From an uncultured delta proteobacterium (lineage in GTDB: Bacteria; Myxococcota_A; UBA9160; UBA4427): a DNA stretch of 64,000 nt. Of the stretch, positions 22,475 through 31,906 are shown one piece after another; position 1 is the stretch's first letter, and each line of letters starts with the position of its first letter. Made by a program: the position numbers and the translations under genes. The stretch covers positions 32,001 through 96,000 of the forward strand of contig CAWGJT010000005.1 in NCBI GenBank assembly GCA_963822965.1. The letters run 5' to 3'. The notes beneath the pieces were generated by a model, which was not told where the DNA came from, did no database searches, and worked only from the letters and a program-made list of their open reading frames with translations.

Positions 22475-23820
22475 CTAGGCCAGCTCGTGGATGCGGGCGA
22501 GCAGCCGGTCTCGTTCCCGGACCATGTGCTCGTGCGTGTCCGCCTCGAGATTCAGGCGCAGCACCGGCTCGGTGTTCGACGGGCGCAGGTTGAACCACCA
22601 GTCGGGATAGCGGACCAGCAGCCCGTCGAGCTTCGAGACGGTGGGGGCCTCGCGGTGCTCGCGCTCGATCGTCTCGAGCACCCGCTGCACGTCGCTCACA
22701 CGGCTGTTGATCTCGCCACTCGCCGCGTAGCGGCGGAGGGGTGCCACGATCTCCGAGAGGGGGCGCTTCTCCCGGGCCAGGACGTCGAGCACGGCGACGA
22801 GCCCCGCGATGCCGTCGTCGGCCACCAGCGTGTCCGAGAAGCGGAAGTAGAGATGACCCGAGAGCTCGCCCGCGAAGATGGCGCCGGATTCGCGCATGCG
22901 TGCCTTCACGAACGAGTGTCCGACGCGGCACATCTCCGCCCGTCCTCCCGCCTTCTCGATCTCCTCGGGCACGGCCCGGCTCGAGCGCAGGTCGTAGAGC
23001 ACGAGGCCACCCGGGTGTCGGGCGAGCTGATGGCGCGCGAGGACGCCGGTCATCAGGTCCGAGGCGATCGGCTCGCCCCGCTCGTCCACGAAGACGGCGC
23101 GGTCCGCGTCGCCGTCGAAGGCGACGCCGAAGTCGGCGCCGACGCGCTTCACCGCGGCGACGACGTCGTCGAGGTTCTCGCGCTTCAGCGGGTCGGCCTC
23201 GTGGTTCGGAAACGTCCCGTCGGGCTCGAAGTAGAGCCGTTCCACCGTGAGGGGCAGCCGGTCGAGCAGCGGCTCGAGCCCCGCGGCCGCCATGCCGTTG
23301 CCACAGTCGATCGCCACGCGCAGCCGGGGACGGCCGGCGCCCACCGCGAGGACGTGCTCCACGTACTCCGCCCGGACGTCCACCTCGCGAACCGAGCCGC
23401 GGTCCGCGGCGGGCGGGTCGGATCCGACGCCCGCCAGCCCCTTCTCGATGTCGCGCAGCCCGCTCGCTTCGCCCACGGGAATCGCGTGCTCGCGGCACAC
23501 CTTGAGGCCGTTGTAGCGACCCGGGTTGTGGGAGGCGGTGATCATGATGCCGGCGCCGGCGGAGAGATGATCGACGGCGAAGTAGAGCATCGGCGTCGCC
23601 ACCAGACCGAGATCGATCACGTCGACGCCCTCGTCGCAGATCCCGCCGGACGAGGGCGTCCCGTAGCGCGGGCGAGTGCTTCCGCGCGTCGCGCCCGACC
23701 GCGATCACGTCGGCGACGCCGAGCCAGCGCGCCGCAGAACGACCGATGCGATAGGTGATGTCGGCGATCGAGCTCGTCGGGAACGACGCCCCGGATGTCA
23801 TAGGCCTTGAAGATCGTCAC
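22475..23820 (-). CDS. Phosphomannomutase/phosphoglucomutase (5' frameshifts)
   Basis: [31 protein letters not shown] and LRPSNTEP. Confidence 0.95.
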
Positions 23821-23954
23821 GGCGGCCAGTCTACCTTCCAGGAGGCTCCGGCGACGCGGCAGTGCTCGGCACGGGCGCATCCCGCCCCGTCCTTGACCCC
23901 GTCCGGGGGCAGCGGCACCCTGTGGGTGGCCGGAAGTCCGCCGAAGGGGACGAC

Positions 23955-24245
23955 ATGTTCGGATTGGGAGCGACCGAGCTCGCCATCATTCTCGCGATCG
24001 TCGTCGTGCTCTTCGGCGCCCGGCGGCTGCCCGAGATCGGGGCCGGCGTCGGCAAGGCCATCAAGAACTTCCGCGCCGGCATGTCGGGGCAGGACGAGAT
24101 CGACGTGACGCCCGAGTCGGAGCCGAACGAGAGCGCCTCTAGCGAGAGGCCGTCGGGGAAGAGCGAGAAGCCGTCGGGGAAGCTGGGCGAGACGGCGACG
24201 AGCCAGCACCAGGGGATGGCGGAGAGCAGCAAGACCCGTTCGTGA
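23955..24245 (+). CDS. tatA: Twin-arginine translocase TatA/E subunit
   Basis: [40 protein letters not shown]. Confidence 0.93.
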   Translation: MFGLGATELAIILAIVVVLFGARRLPEIGAGVGKAIKNFRAGMSGQDEIDVTPESEPNESASSERPSGKSEKPSGKLGETATSQHQGMAESSKTRS

Positions 24246-25760
24246 GCGCGGGGGAGCCAGCCGGGCCCCCGGATGCGCCGAGCGCTGCATCCCCATTGTC
24301 GGCCGCATTGCCGGCCGTACCCGCCGGCGACGCCTCGCCCGTGCTGCCGGGCAACGCCTCGGCCGGATCGGCCAGTGCGTTCTCCGCGGGCACCGCCGCG
24401 GGGATGTGGGCCGTCTGGCCCATCTCCACCACGAAGCCCGTGGCCTCGTCGGGTACGCCGTCGAAGAAGGCCAGGAACAGGATGTCCTCGCCCGGCTCGA
24501 GCCGCATGTTCGCGAGATCCCGCGCCGCGTCGCCGGCGGCCTCCGCGAGGTCGCCGTGGGAGGACTCGCGCAGGGCCTGGTCGGTGAGCGGCAGCCCCGC
24601 CCTCGCCGGGGTGACGTCGAGGGGGCTCCCGTCCGGCGCCCGCAGCGCCACGGTCAGGCCGTCCCCGGGCAGCAGCGGTCTGCCGCTCTCGTTCACCAAC
24701 AGACCGCTCACCGCGTAGAGATGGGTGGCGCGGACGGTCTCCAGCCAACGGCCGCTCACGGACTTCGCGCGGAACTGGCCGAGATCGACGGAGGTGGGGA
24801 CCGCGCTCGTGGGATCCGCGACGTGGAAGACGCCCCGGGCCACGCCGAGCCCGAAGAGGCCGAGGGTCACGAGCCAGCCGACCGCGCGGCCGGCGACGAG
24901 CAGGAAGGCGAAGCGCGAGCCGGTGTCGCTCGCGACGTTGCCGAGATCGGGGCCCCGAGAGGCGGGGCGCCGGGGAGCCTCGTCCCTTCCGACCGCCTGC
25001 ATGGCGCGCCCCCTGGCGTCGTCCATCGCGGCGGGGTGCTCGAGACTGTCGTCGCTGAAGAAGTCCCAGTCCTCCGGCTCGCCGACCTCCTCCGAGGGCG
25101 CCGGCCCGGCGGCGGGGCTCGGGCCTCGAGGCGGCGCGACCGGATCGGGCGTCGGGACTTCGTCGGCCAACGCCGAGAAGTCGCTCGCCTCGCCGAAGTC
25201 GCTCTGGTCCGAGATTGCGGCGGCGGCGGCGATCCCGGGCGAGGCAGGCGCTCCGCCGTCGCCGTCCAGATCCAGGTCGCTCTCGTCGTCGCCGAAGCCC
25301 TCGTCGTCGTCACCGAACTCGTCGCCCCCGAGACCGGGAATCGGCCCGTCGTCGCCCGCGTCCAGGGAGACGGAGGTGGTGGCGGTGTCGAAGACGCCCC
25401 TCTCCTCGTCGTCTTCCTCTTCGTCGGGTCGGCCGAAGGGGCTCGATCGTCGTCGTCGAGGTCGGAGTCTCCCGATCCCGGAAGGTCGTCGTTGAACTCC
25501 CAGTCCTCTTCTTCCGGCTCGGCGGAGTGGGTGTGCGGGAGCGACGACTCGGACGGGAGATCCTGGGTCGAATCCGGGGCCGTGCCCTCGGCGGCGGCCT
25601 GGGTGGCGACGTCGTTCACCGCGTCGGCCTGGCTCGCATCCGGGTGCTCGAGGAAGAACGCTTCCTTGCATCGCGAGCAGCGCACGCGGATCCCGCGCAG
25701 CGGGACACGCGAATCGTCGAGCTGGAATCTCGTCTGACAGTTGCTGCACTCGACGATCAC
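24139..25760 (-). CDS. MJ0042-type zinc-ribbon membrane protein with acidic linker and DUF3426-like periplasmic domain (frameshift near 25440)
   Basis: [37 protein letters not shown]-rich linker; TM segment; [12 protein letters not shown]. Confidence 0.8.
24141..24182. repeat. 21-bp tandem duplication
   Basis: AGCGAGAGGCCGTCGGGGAAG followed by AGCGAGAAGCCGTCGGGGAAG. Confidence 0.8.
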
Positions 25761-25999
25761 GGTCGTCCTCGACGGCCTCCGCTGGCGATGGCTGCGCGAC
25801 TCGGGTCCCAAGCGCGTGTGCTAGCGTCGAAAATCGACCGCGGGGACCCTTCTGGCGTTTCGGATTCGCCGGGAGGCGGCTTGAGCTTCGTCTGGCTCTC
25901 CCGAGGCCGGCGAGACGACGGTCAGCCGGGCAGGGTCCGACGGGGCGGCCGGGTCGACCGGGCCAGGCCCGAGCTCTCCGTCCTCTGCGAAGGGTTTCC

Positions 26000-26979
26000 A
26001 TGATGGCGGAACTCCCCTCGCTGCTCGACCGCCGACTCGTGATCGTCACCGGCAAGGGCGGCACCGGAAAGACCACGGTGGCTGCCGCGCTCGCGGTCGC
26101 CGGGGCCCGGAGCGGCCGCTCGGTGCTCGTCGCCGAGGTGGGCGGTCAGGAGCAGGTCCCCCAGTTCATCTCGCCCGGGCATCCACCCGTGGGATACGCC
26201 GGCAGCGAGCTCCTGCCCGGGCTCACCTGCGTCCACATCGATCCCTTCGAGGCCCTGGCCGAGTATCTGGGACTCCAGCTCCACATGCGGGGAATCGTGG
26301 ACCTGGTGCTGCGCAACAAGGGCTTCGCCCAGCTCCTGGACGCGGCGCCGGGCTGGCGAGAGCTGATCACCCTGGGCAAGGTGTGGCACCTGGCGCAGAT
26401 GCAGGACGGCCGGGGCGGACCGCTGTACGAGCTGATCGTCGTCGACGCGCCGGCGACGGGACACGGCCTCACGTTCCTCGACGTGCCCCGGGTGGTCGGC
26501 GGTGCCGTGCGCGCGGGGCCGCTTCGCGGCCACGCCCATCTCGTCGAGGAGCTGGTGCGCGACCCCGACCAGACGCTGCTGCTGCCCGTCGCGCTGGCCG
26601 AGGAGCTGCCCGCGCGGGAGACCGCCGAGCTCGTGCGTCGCGCGAAGGGCGAGATCGGAATCGCGGTGGACCGCGTGGTGGTGAACGCGGTGATGCCCGC
26701 GCCCTTCCCCCCGGCGTGCCGGCCGACCTGGACGAGCGCCTCCGGCGGCTGGATGCGGACCTCGACCTCGGAGGCCTGCCGAAACCGCAGGTGTTCGCCG
26801 CCTGCGCATCCTACCTGCGCTCCCGGCACGAGCTGAACGCCGGCTACGTCGAGCAGATCCGCCGCGACTGCGGCGAGCCCCTGGTGACGCTCCCCTACGT
26901 GGCCGGCGGTCTGTCCGGCTCGGACGCGCTGGCGGCCTTCGCGGCCCCCCTCCTCGGCGGGTCGGGAGGCGCGTCGTGA
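26000..26979 (+). CDS. ArsA/Get3-family ATPase, subunit 1 (frameshift near 26715)
   Basis: VTGKGGTGKTT, APGWREL, VVDAPATGH, LAEELPARET and VVVN. Confidence 0.9.
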
Positions 26980-28256
26980 GCGCCGCGAACACGACGGATC
27001 CGGCGGCCGGACTCGCAGGGCTTCTGGGCGAGCGGCGGATTCTCGTCGTGGCCGGCACGGGCGGCGTGGGCAAGACGACCGTCGCCGCCGCCCTGGCCGT
27101 GGAGGCGGCGCGCCGCGGGCGCCGGACCCTCGTCCTCACCATCGATCCCGCGCGCCGGCTGTGCGACGCCATGGGGCTCGCTCCGCCTGCCGAGGACGCC
27201 CCCGGCGAGGCGCAGCCGCTCGCCGAGAGCACCCGGGACGAGCTCGGGATCACGGCCCCCGGCTCTCTCGAAGCCGTGATGCTGGACATGAAGAGCACGT
27301 TCGACGGCCTGGTGGACCGCTTCGCCGAGGGGCAGGAGGTGAAGGCGCGTATCCTCGACAACCCGATCTACCAGCACGTCTCCGACGCCCTGGCCGGGAG
27401 CGCCGAGTACGCGGCCATGGAGAAGGTCTTCGAGCTGTCCGAGTGCGGCCGCTACGACCTCATCGTGGTGGACACACCGCCTTCCCAGCATGCCCTCGAC
27501 TTCCTGGAGGCGCCCCGCCGCCTCGTCGAGTTCCTCGACAGCCGCTTCGTGCAGCTGCTCGTCCATCCCGCGATGGCGGCGGGCCGCTTCGGGTTCCGGC
27601 TCTTCCACCGCACGAGCCAGCGCGTGCTGAAGGTCATCGAGCGGATCTCCGGCGTGGGCTTCCTGGAGGACATCTCGGAGTTCCTGCTGGCCATCGAAGG
27701 CATGTCCGAAGGCTTCCGGCAACGCGCGACGAACGTACGCCGCCTGCTGCTGGGCCCCCAGTCGGCCTTCCTGGTGGTGGCCGGGCCGAGTCCCCAGGCC
27801 GCCCGCTCGGCCTTCGAGTTCCTGACGCGCATGCGGGGCACGGGCGTGCCCGTGGAGGGCGTGCTGATGAATCGCGTGCGCCTGTGGCCCGACGGCGAGA
27901 CCATCCCGAGCTGCCTGCGCGGCGAGCCCGTCGAGTCGCGCGACCTCGAGCGGCTCGCGGCGGCCCTGGCAGACCCGACGGACGACCCCGGAGGCGACGC
28001 GTCGTCCCGCGCCTCCGCCCGCACGGCGGTGGAGCTGGCGAAGCGATACGCTTCCCTCGTGCGGCTCGACGAAAAGAGTGCCCAGCCCCTGCGCGAGCAT
28101 GCCCGCCGGCATCGACAGCTGTACGGGACGATCCCGGAGCTTCCCCGCGACGTGTGCGACCTCAGCAGCCTGGTGGTGATCGGCGACGCCCTGTTCCGCG
28201 GGCGCAAGCTGCCGGCCGCGCAGCCAACCGGATCGGCCGATCCACATGGCGCGTAG
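26976..28256 (+). CDS. ArsA/Get3-family ATPase, subunit 2
   Basis: GTGGVGKTT, TIDPARRL, EYAAMEK and VDTPPSQHALDFL; GTGA overlap with the upstream gene. Confidence 0.92.
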   Translation: MSAANTTDPAAGLAGLLGERRILVVAGTGGVGKTTVAAALAVEAARRGRRTLVLTIDPARRLCDAMGLAPPAEDAPGEAQPLAESTRDELGITAPGSLEAVMLDMKSTFDGLVDRFAEGQEVKARILDNPIYQHVSDALAGSAEYAAMEKVFELSECGRYDLIVVDTPPSQHALDFLEAPRRLVEFLDSRFVQLLVHPAMAAGRFGFRLFHRTSQRVLKVIERISGVGFLEDISEFLLAIEGMSEGFRQRATNVRRLLLGPQSAFLVVAGPSPQAARSAFEFLTRMRGTGVPVEGVLMNRVRLWPDGETIPSCLRGEPVESRDLERLAAALADPTDDPGGDASSRASARTAVELAKRYASLVRLDEKSAQPLREHARRHRQLYGTIPELPRDVCDLSSLVVIGDALFRGRKLPAAQPTGSADPHGA

Positions 28257-28788
28257 ACCGCACACCCAGGCGGGGCCGGAAACGGCCGCCGAGGCCCTCG
28301 GTCGGGCTCGCGTGCACGCCCGGCGAGCCCTCGGCGAGGCCATCGCCGCCATGCGCGCCCTGCTCGACGCGGCCTCCCTCGGCTGGAGCGGCAAGCCCAG
28401 CGAGGCGCACGCCGCGCTGCGGGGAATCGCATCGCTGCTCGACGAGCAGAGCGAGCGCTTCACCACCGGCGAAGGCGTGCTCCCGGCCCCCATGGCCAGC
28501 GCCATCCTCGAGGCGCTGGACCAGGAGATCGCGCGCTGGGAGCAGCGGGGCGACACGGACACCGAAGCGCGCGCGGTGCTGCGCACCTTCCTGGGCCTGC
28601 GCGAGGTCCTCTGGGAGCTGGGGCTGCGCCGGGAAGATCCCGCCGCCGGCCGCGCCGCATCGCCGCCGGAGCGAACGCCCGGCGACGGCGCCCCGTCCGG
28701 GTCGGGCGGCGCCTCGAAGCCGGGGGCGCAGCGTGTTGCGAGCACGGGCCAGCGCGCACGCGTCCAACGCGTCGACGTCCGCGGCTGA
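28246..28788 (+). CDS. Hypothetical helical protein
   Basis: ORF overlaps the end of ArsA-2; plausible amphipathic helices (RAVLRTFLGLREVLWELG); C-terminus RVQRVDVRG. Confidence 0.65.
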   Translation: MARRPHTQAGPETAAEALGRARVHARRALGEAIAAMRALLDAASLGWSGKPSEAHAALRGIASLLDEQSERFTTGEGVLPAPMASAILEALDQEIARWEQRGDTDTEARAVLRTFLGLREVLWELGLRREDPAAGRAASPPERTPGDGAPSGSGGASKPGAQRVASTGQRARVQRVDVRG

Positions 28789-28857
28789 CGCCGCGGCAGG
28801 GCGCTCCCCATGGATCCGGGCTAGGGTCTGGCCCGGCTCACGAGAGCGAGACCCCCT

Positions 28858-29505
28858 ATGGCGATCCTGATCAAGCGCTACGCGAACCGAAAGCTCTACA
28901 ACACCGACACCAGCCGCTACATCACCCTCAAGGGCATCGCGGAGCTCATCGATCAGGGGAGCGAAGTCCGGGTCATCGACAACGAGACGGGCGAGGACAT
29001 CACGAACGTCGCGCTCTCGCAGATCCTGGTCGACAGCGAACGCTCCAACTCCGACGTGTCGGGCAGCCTGCTCTCCCAGATCCTGGGGCGCGGCGGAGAC
29101 GCCCTCTACGAGACCCTGCGAAAGAGCGTCGACGACGCGAGCGAGAACCTGGGCGACATCCAGGAGCGCTTCCGCCGCTTCGTCGCCGGGCACGAGGCGC
29201 GCGAGGCACGCGAAGGACAGGAGCCGGGCTCGGAGTCGGGCCGCCGATCGCGCGATCACCGCAGCCTCTCCGACTGGATCGCCTACGCGTCACCCGACTT
29301 CGACCAGATGGTGCAGCGGTCGGTGGAGCGCGTCTTCAAGGTGCTCGACCTGCCTCGCCGCTCGGACATCGACGCGCTCAACCGAAACCTCGAGCGCGTG
29401 GCCGAAGCCGTCGAGACCCTCGAGAAGGTCTACGAACGGCGCGAGGCCGCCGTCCCGAGGCCGCACCAGCCGCACGACGAGCCCGAGCCGCCCTCGGAGT
29501 TCTAG
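28858..29505 (+). CDS. PhaR-like DNA-binding domain (PHB_acc_N) with a C-terminal phasin-like segment
   Basis: LIKRYANRKLYNTDTSRYITL...DNETGEDIT..LSQIL; C-terminus VFKVLDLPRRSDIDALNRNLERV. Confidence 0.85.
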   Translation: MAILIKRYANRKLYNTDTSRYITLKGIAELIDQGSEVRVIDNETGEDITNVALSQILVDSERSNSDVSGSLLSQILGRGGDALYETLRKSVDDASENLGDIQERFRRFVAGHEAREAREGQEPGSESGRRSRDHRSLSDWIAYASPDFDQMVQRSVERVFKVLDLPRRSDIDALNRNLERVAEAVETLEKVYERREAAVPRPHQPHDEPEPPSEF

Positions 29506-29569
29506 CGAGAAGCCGCGGCGTCGGCACGCGGAACGTCGCCTGCGACCGCCGACGCCGGGAGGCGTGACG

Positions 29570-30037
29570 ATGCGCGACCCGGCGGACCGACACTGGCAGG
29601 CATACCTCGATTCGCTGCCGGCCGGGGCCGATCGTCCGGCGCGCTACGTCGAGAGCTTCTCGTTCGGCTTCACACCGCAGGACGCGTCGGAGATCGCGGT
29701 CCTCGTGATCGACGGCATCAAGACCGCCACGGGCTCGGTGCTGTGGTCCTACGAGGCCGACGGAAAGCCGCTGCCCCGGGTCGGCGACCACTGGATCGTC
29801 CGGGACGGCGCCGGCGAGCCCGCCTGCGTCATCCGCACGACGGACGTCGCCATTCTTCCCTTCGACGAGGTGCCCGAGACGTACGCGCGCGAGGGCGGCG
29901 AAGGAGACCGCACCCTGGCGACCTGGCGCTCCATGTACTGGCGGTACATCGTCTCGGAGTGTCGGCGGATCGGCCGGGAGCCCCACGAGAAGGCCCCACT
30001 CGTGATGGAGCGCTTCACCGCCGTGTATCCCGGCTGA
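29570..30037 (+). CDS. ASCH-domain protein
   Basis: VIDGIKTATGS, PFDEVPETYAREGGEGDRTLATW and LVMERF. Confidence 0.9.
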   Translation: MRDPADRHWQAYLDSLPAGADRPARYVESFSFGFTPQDASEIAVLVIDGIKTATGSVLWSYEADGKPLPRVGDHWIVRDGAGEPACVIRTTDVAILPFDEVPETYAREGGEGDRTLATWRSMYWRYIVSECRRIGREPHEKAPLVMERFTAVYPG

Positions 30038-30224
30038 TCGCCGCCCTCCTCGGGGAGACCCCGCATGCCGGTGCCCGAGATTTCCGGTCCGGCGTGCGGC
30101 GCGTGCGGCGCGGAGCTGGGGCCACTCCTGCAGCCGCTACGGGCAGTCGTCGACGACCGCGGTACGGTAGCGGCCGTCGACGCGGTCCGGACGAGAGACC
30201 GACGGATCGGCGGGGAAGGAGCTG

Positions 30225-30857
30225 ATGTTCACCCTCTACACGACTCCGCTGTCGGCCAACGGCCGCAAGGTGCTGGCGGTGAGTCGGCATCTCGGACTCC
30301 ACCCCGAGGTGCGTTCCGTGAACGTCTACCGGGGCGAGGGACACGCGCCCGAGTACCTCGCCATCAACCCCTCGGGCCGGATTCCCACCCTGGTGGAGGG
30401 CGACTTCGTCCTGCTGGAGTCGAACGCCATCCTGGCGTACCTGGCGGAGGCCCATGGCGAGTTCCGGCTCCATTCCCGCGACCCGAAGGAGCGCGCCGAG
30501 ATCGCGAGCTGGCTGTTCTGGGAGTCGGCCCACTGGCAGCCTGCGCTCACCGGGGTGCTCTCGTCGCTGGTGGGCCACCGGCTCGTACCCGAGGCGTTTC
30601 CCGCACCCCCGACCTCGCCCAACTGGCGGAACGCGCGCCTGCGGCCACTCCTCGATCGGCTCGAGGCGCACCTCGAGGGTCGCGAGTTCCTGGCCGCGGG
30701 TCGGCTCACGATCGCCGACTTCTCGATCGCCGGCATGGTGACCTACTTCCGGGCGGCGGTGTTTCCGTTCCGGGAGTTCCCGAATCTCACGGGTTGGTAC
30801 GCCGGGCTCGAGGCCCTCGCCGCGTGGCGGGAGACCGCCGTCGCCCCCTGGAAGTGA
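30225..30857 (+). CDS. Glutathione S-transferase
   Basis: YLAINPSGRIPTL, LESNAILAYL and LTIADFS. Confidence 0.93.
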   Translation: MFTLYTTPLSANGRKVLAVSRHLGLHPEVRSVNVYRGEGHAPEYLAINPSGRIPTLVEGDFVLLESNAILAYLAEAHGEFRLHSRDPKERAEIASWLFWESAHWQPALTGVLSSLVGHRLVPEAFPAPPTSPNWRNARLRPLLDRLEAHLEGREFLAAGRLTIADFSIAGMVTYFRAAVFPFREFPNLTGWYAGLEALAAWRETAVAPWK

Positions 30858-30888
30858 CGGGGCAGGCTGGGGAAGCAGTCGCGGCGCG

Positions 30889-31887
30889 TCAGCCCCAGAC
30901 CGAGGCGCGGCGGTCGAGCGCCGCGCCCACCAGGTCCTGGATGCGACCCCGCAGCTCCTCGGTGAGGCGCGAGAGCAGCAGCTCGTCCTCGAGCGCGCTC
31001 GGGTCGAGATCGTCGAGGGGGATGGGCGCGCCCACCTGGATGATCCACTTCGTCGGCAGCGGCAGCAGGCCCACCGGTCCGAGCCAGGGAAAGGTGGGCG
31101 TCACGGGCACGAAGGGCAGCCCCAGGCTGCGCGCGGGCAGATCCGCCTTGAACAGGATCGGGTGCGCCTCCTCGGCACCGACGATTCCCACCGGCACCAG
31201 GGGCACGCGATTCTCGACGGCGGCGCGGATCACGCCCCCCCGACCGAAGCGCTTCATCCGGTAGCGCTCGGCGAAGACCTTCGCGGCGCCCTTCACGCCC
31301 TCCGGAAACGCGATGACCGAGCGCCCCGTCCGCAGCAGGCGGTCCGCGTTCTCGCGGCAGGCGCGCACGCCACCGAGTCGCGCCAGGTAGGGCTGGGCGA
31401 AGGGCAACGTGATGAGCCAGTCCGCCACCAGGAAGCGCGGCCGCTCGCGACGGGGATGCCAACGCTCGACGGCCTGGGCGAGCATCAGTCCGTCGTAGGG
31501 CAGCAGGCCCGATCGATTCGCGACGAGCAGGTTCGGCCGTTCGGGGTCCAACGCGTCGAGCCCCAACACCTCGACGCGCCAGTAGCGGTCCATCAGGAAG
31601 TCGAGCAGCAGGCGGGTCCGCGCCAGGGTGACGTCGTCCATCCCGAACTCGTCGACGTTGCCCGATCGCTCCACCATGCCGAAGGTGCCGAGCCGGTGTC
31701 GCAGCTCCTCGAAAGCCGCCTGCCAGTCGAACTCGGGCGCCACCTCGGGCGGCGCCGCGGGAGCCGGGGCGTGCGACCGGGCGCGGATCTCGCGTCGCAG
31801 GTCGCGCAGGGCCAGGTGCAGCAGCTCGAGGCTCGCCTCTTCCGCCCCCAGCACCTCCGGCTCGCGGCTCTGTTCGCGCTCGATCAA
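30889..31887 (-). CDS. Lysophospholipid/glycerol acyltransferase family protein
   Basis: VDEFGMD, LVANRSGLLPYD, AFPEGVKG, FGRGG and LPLPTKW; the HxxxxD His appears as Arg (NRSG). Start uncertain. Confidence 0.85.
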   Translation of the reverse strand: MIEREQSREPEVLGAEEASLELLHLALRDLRREIRARSHAPAPAAPPEVAPEFDWQAAFEELRHRLGTFGMVERSGNVDEFGMDDVTLARTRLLLDFLMDRYWRVEVLGLDALDPERPNLLVANRSGLLPYDGLMLAQAVERWHPRRERPRFLVADWLITLPFAQPYLARLGGVRACRENADRLLRTGRSVIAFPEGVKGAAKVFAERYRMKRFGRGGVIRAAVENRVPLVPVGIVGAEEAHPILFKADLPARSLGLPFVPVTPTFPWLGPVGLLPLPTKWIIQVGAPIPLDDLDPSALEDELLLSRLTEELRGRIQDLVGAALDRRASVWG

Positions 31888-31906
31888 GTCGTCCCCGCCC
31901 GGGCGA

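Noticed and set aside
26000..28256. Arsenic resistance operon
   Set aside because: No arsB/acr3/arsC/arsR/arsD is present; the motifs fit the Get3-like tandem pair.
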